Positions 58,696-64,000 of a stretch of DNA of 64,000 nt are shown one piece after another. The first letter of the stretch is position 1, and the number at the start of each line of letters is the position of its first letter. The DNA comes from the human T2T-CHM13v2.0 reference genome, Homo sapiens. The stretch lies in NCBI RefSeq assembly GCF_009914755.1, contig NC_060926.1. One strand, 5' to 3'. The notes under the pieces were generated by a model that saw only the letters and a list, made by a program, of their open reading frames with translations, ran no database searches and had not been told where the DNA came from. The translations under genes were made by a program, and so were the position numbers.

Positions 58696-58760
58696 TATAT
58701 ATGCAAATATATATGCATATATGTAAATATATGTAAAATCTATGTATCTATGTGTATTAT
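58696..58760. repeat. TA-rich low-complexity repeat with (ATATATGYAA)-like units
   Basis: tatatatgcaaatatatatgcatatatgtaaatatatgtaaa. Confidence 0.8.
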
Positions 58761-59223
58761 ACACTTTCAATTTGACAGTCCATATTTGTCTGGCTGGGCC
58801 TTCCACATTGCCTAACATACACTAGGTGCTCAGTATGTGTCTTCTGTTCTGATGCCCTGTCACTAATACAGAATTCCATGCTGCAGTGGGAAAAGATGCT
58901 TAAGGTACCCTCGCCAGTGAGACGAAATATACAGTTTGAGATATGAAACAGCTTGCTGACTCCAATAGGTCACTTAAAAAATTATAACAGTTACCTTTTT
59001 AACGCAATGTACAGAGGACTTCTATGTTGGGTGCTCTTGTGAGCATAAAGATAAATAATGTGGAATTCATGCTCTTTAAACATTTAAATGGACTGCACTG
59101 CTGGAGTATCTTACTTTCCATCAATAGTGTCATATAGGGACTAAATATGTTTTTTGAAAAGAAAATCAAAATAATCCTGCATTAAACTGAATTCTGCACA
59201 GGGAAGTTCTGCTATACTGCAAC

Positions 59224-59519
59224 TTTTTTTTTTTTTTTTTGAGATGGGGTCTCACTCTGTCGCCCAGGCTGGAGTGCAGTGGTGCACTCTCTTCACTGCA
59301 ACCTCTGCCTCCTGGGTTCAAAGCGATTCTCCTGCCTCAGCCTCCCGAGTAGCTGGGACTACAGGTGCCTGCCACCATGCCCGGCTAATGTTTTTATTTT
59401 TAGTAGAGACGAGGTTTCACCATATTGGCCAGGCTGGTCTCCAACTCCTGACCTTGTGATCTGCCTGCCTTAGCCTCCCAAAGTGCTGAGATTACAGGTG
59501 TGAGCCACCGTGCTCGGCC
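59224..59519 (-). mobile_element. AluS
   Basis: TSD tatactgc. Confidence 0.94.
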
Positions 59520-59665
59520 ATATACTGCCACATTTCTACACAGTTATATCAAAAGCAATCCATGTTTATGGTTTTAAAAAAATGAACAGAAAAGAAAAGG
59601 TAATGACTTTGCTTACTTTTATTTTAAATTCTGTTAGCCCTTCAATGATTAGTCTAAGTGATGTG

Positions 59666-59964
59666 TTTTTCTTTGCTTGAGATGGAGTCCCAGTCTGTTG
59701 CCCAGACTGGAGTGCAGTGGTGCAATCTTGGCTTACTGCAATCTCTGCCTCCCGGGTAATCTCAAGTGATTCTCCTGCCTCAGCCTCCTGAGCAGCTGGG
59801 ATTACAGCTGCATGCCACCACACCTGGCTAATTTTTATATTTTTAGTAGAGATGGGGTTTCACCATGTTGGCCAGGCTGCTCTCGAAATCCTGGCCTCAA
59901 GTAATCTGCCCTCCTTGGCTTCCCAAAGTGCTGGGATTACAGGTGTAAGCTACCGTGCCCAGCC
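59666..59964 (-). mobile_element. AluS
   Basis: Dimer, degenerate TSD atg(t/c)gttttt. Confidence 0.93.
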
Positions 59965-60779
59965 AATGCGTTTTTATTTCTAGATGTACCAACTTTAGAC
60001 AGTGCCTAATGATTTCTGATATGAAAGACAAGAGGCAAGGTATTTAATAGTCTCCCCTCCCTTATAATTTTTATTAGTTCTGTTATTATTTTTAGTGCCT
60101 CTAGTGGGCATTTGTAACTTTAAATATATTTAATCTTATTTCTCTTGATTAATCACCTTCTGACAGTATCTTTTCTTTCATACCATGTAAAATGAGGAAA
60201 CTCACCCATCTATCCTTCCCTCCCACCTCCCCGCTCACAGCTATGTCTTTCCTTTTATATCACCAAGATTTAAAATATTCATACTCTGTTCAGTAATTAT
60301 TGAGTCATCCTCCTTAATACTAATTTAGTTAATAATTTAATTTTTGGTCTTGCCTATAGGTCAAGTAAAAAATCATAAACCAATAATGAGAATTTGCAAT
60401 ATTGTGACAATATAAATATTAGTCACTAAAGAAGAAAGCAGCTTGAGTAGACCTGAACAGGAGGGAATGTCACTAAGGTAGAATGAGTGCAAATGTTCCC
60501 GACATTTATGTCAAATGAATTCTCATTGTTATGTTCTACCACGTCACAGGTTTGTCTCAAGCTAAGGTTATGTTCTCCCTAAAATACTGTTAAATAGAGC
60601 ACGCATTTAGTGAACATAAAATGTATATTTACATGAAATGTATATAGACACTTTCAAAGCATTAAAATGAATGAACTGTGAAAACACCTTCCAGGCCAGG
60701 GATGGAACATCATCGAAAGTGCCTTCACTGGCTCCCATCTCTTCCCACCCTTCCCACCAGCTATTGGTAAAAGAATTGT

Positions 60780-61071
60780 GGCTGGGCACAGTGGCTCACG
60801 CCTGTAATCCCAGCACTTTGGGAGGCTGAGGCAGGCAGATCACGAGGTCAGGAGATTGAGACCATCCTGGCTAACATGGTGAAACCCCGTCTCTACTAAA
60901 AATACAAAAAAATTAGCTAGGCGTGGTGGTGGGCGCCTGTAGTCCTAGCTACTCGGGAGGCTGAGGCAGGAGAATGGCATGAACCTGGAGCTTGCAGTGA
61001 GCTGAGATTGTGCCACTGCACTCCAGCCTGGGCAACAGAGCGAGACTCTGTCTCAAAAAAAAAAAAAAAAA
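60780..61071 (+). mobile_element. AluY
   Basis: accatcctggctaac and gagaatggcatgaacc diagnostics, TSD aaaagaattgtg. Confidence 0.95.
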
Positions 61072-61099
61072 GAATTGTGTGTTAATCATTCTCTTTGTT

Positions 61100-64000
<2,901 letters not shown>

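Overview
Primate (almost certainly human) genomic DNA that is intronic apart from two short exons. Two 52-nt minus-strand coding exons (55836-55785 and 1277-1226) have canonical AG/GT sites. They join in frame across a ~54.5-kb intron to give ...KGDAEPESPDNGTSNTS|MLEDDLKLSSDEEENEQ..., which I recognise as AFF3 (LAF4). The rest holds about 34 Alu/monomer copies, old L1M, L2 and MIR fragments, MaLR/ERVL solo LTRs and MER DNA-transposon fossils. Nearly all ORFs in the supplied track are repeat-derived or chance. The most interesting part is a repeat-free island at ~35.0-36.5 kb. It contains a candidate alternative first coding exon that splices in frame to the next AFF3 exon, and an octamer+TATA module with a second strong donor. 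Next to it is a 112-bp, 96%-identical non-transposon inverted duplication. These are hypotheses from sequence alone. Repeat boundaries and subfamily calls were made by eye and are approximate.
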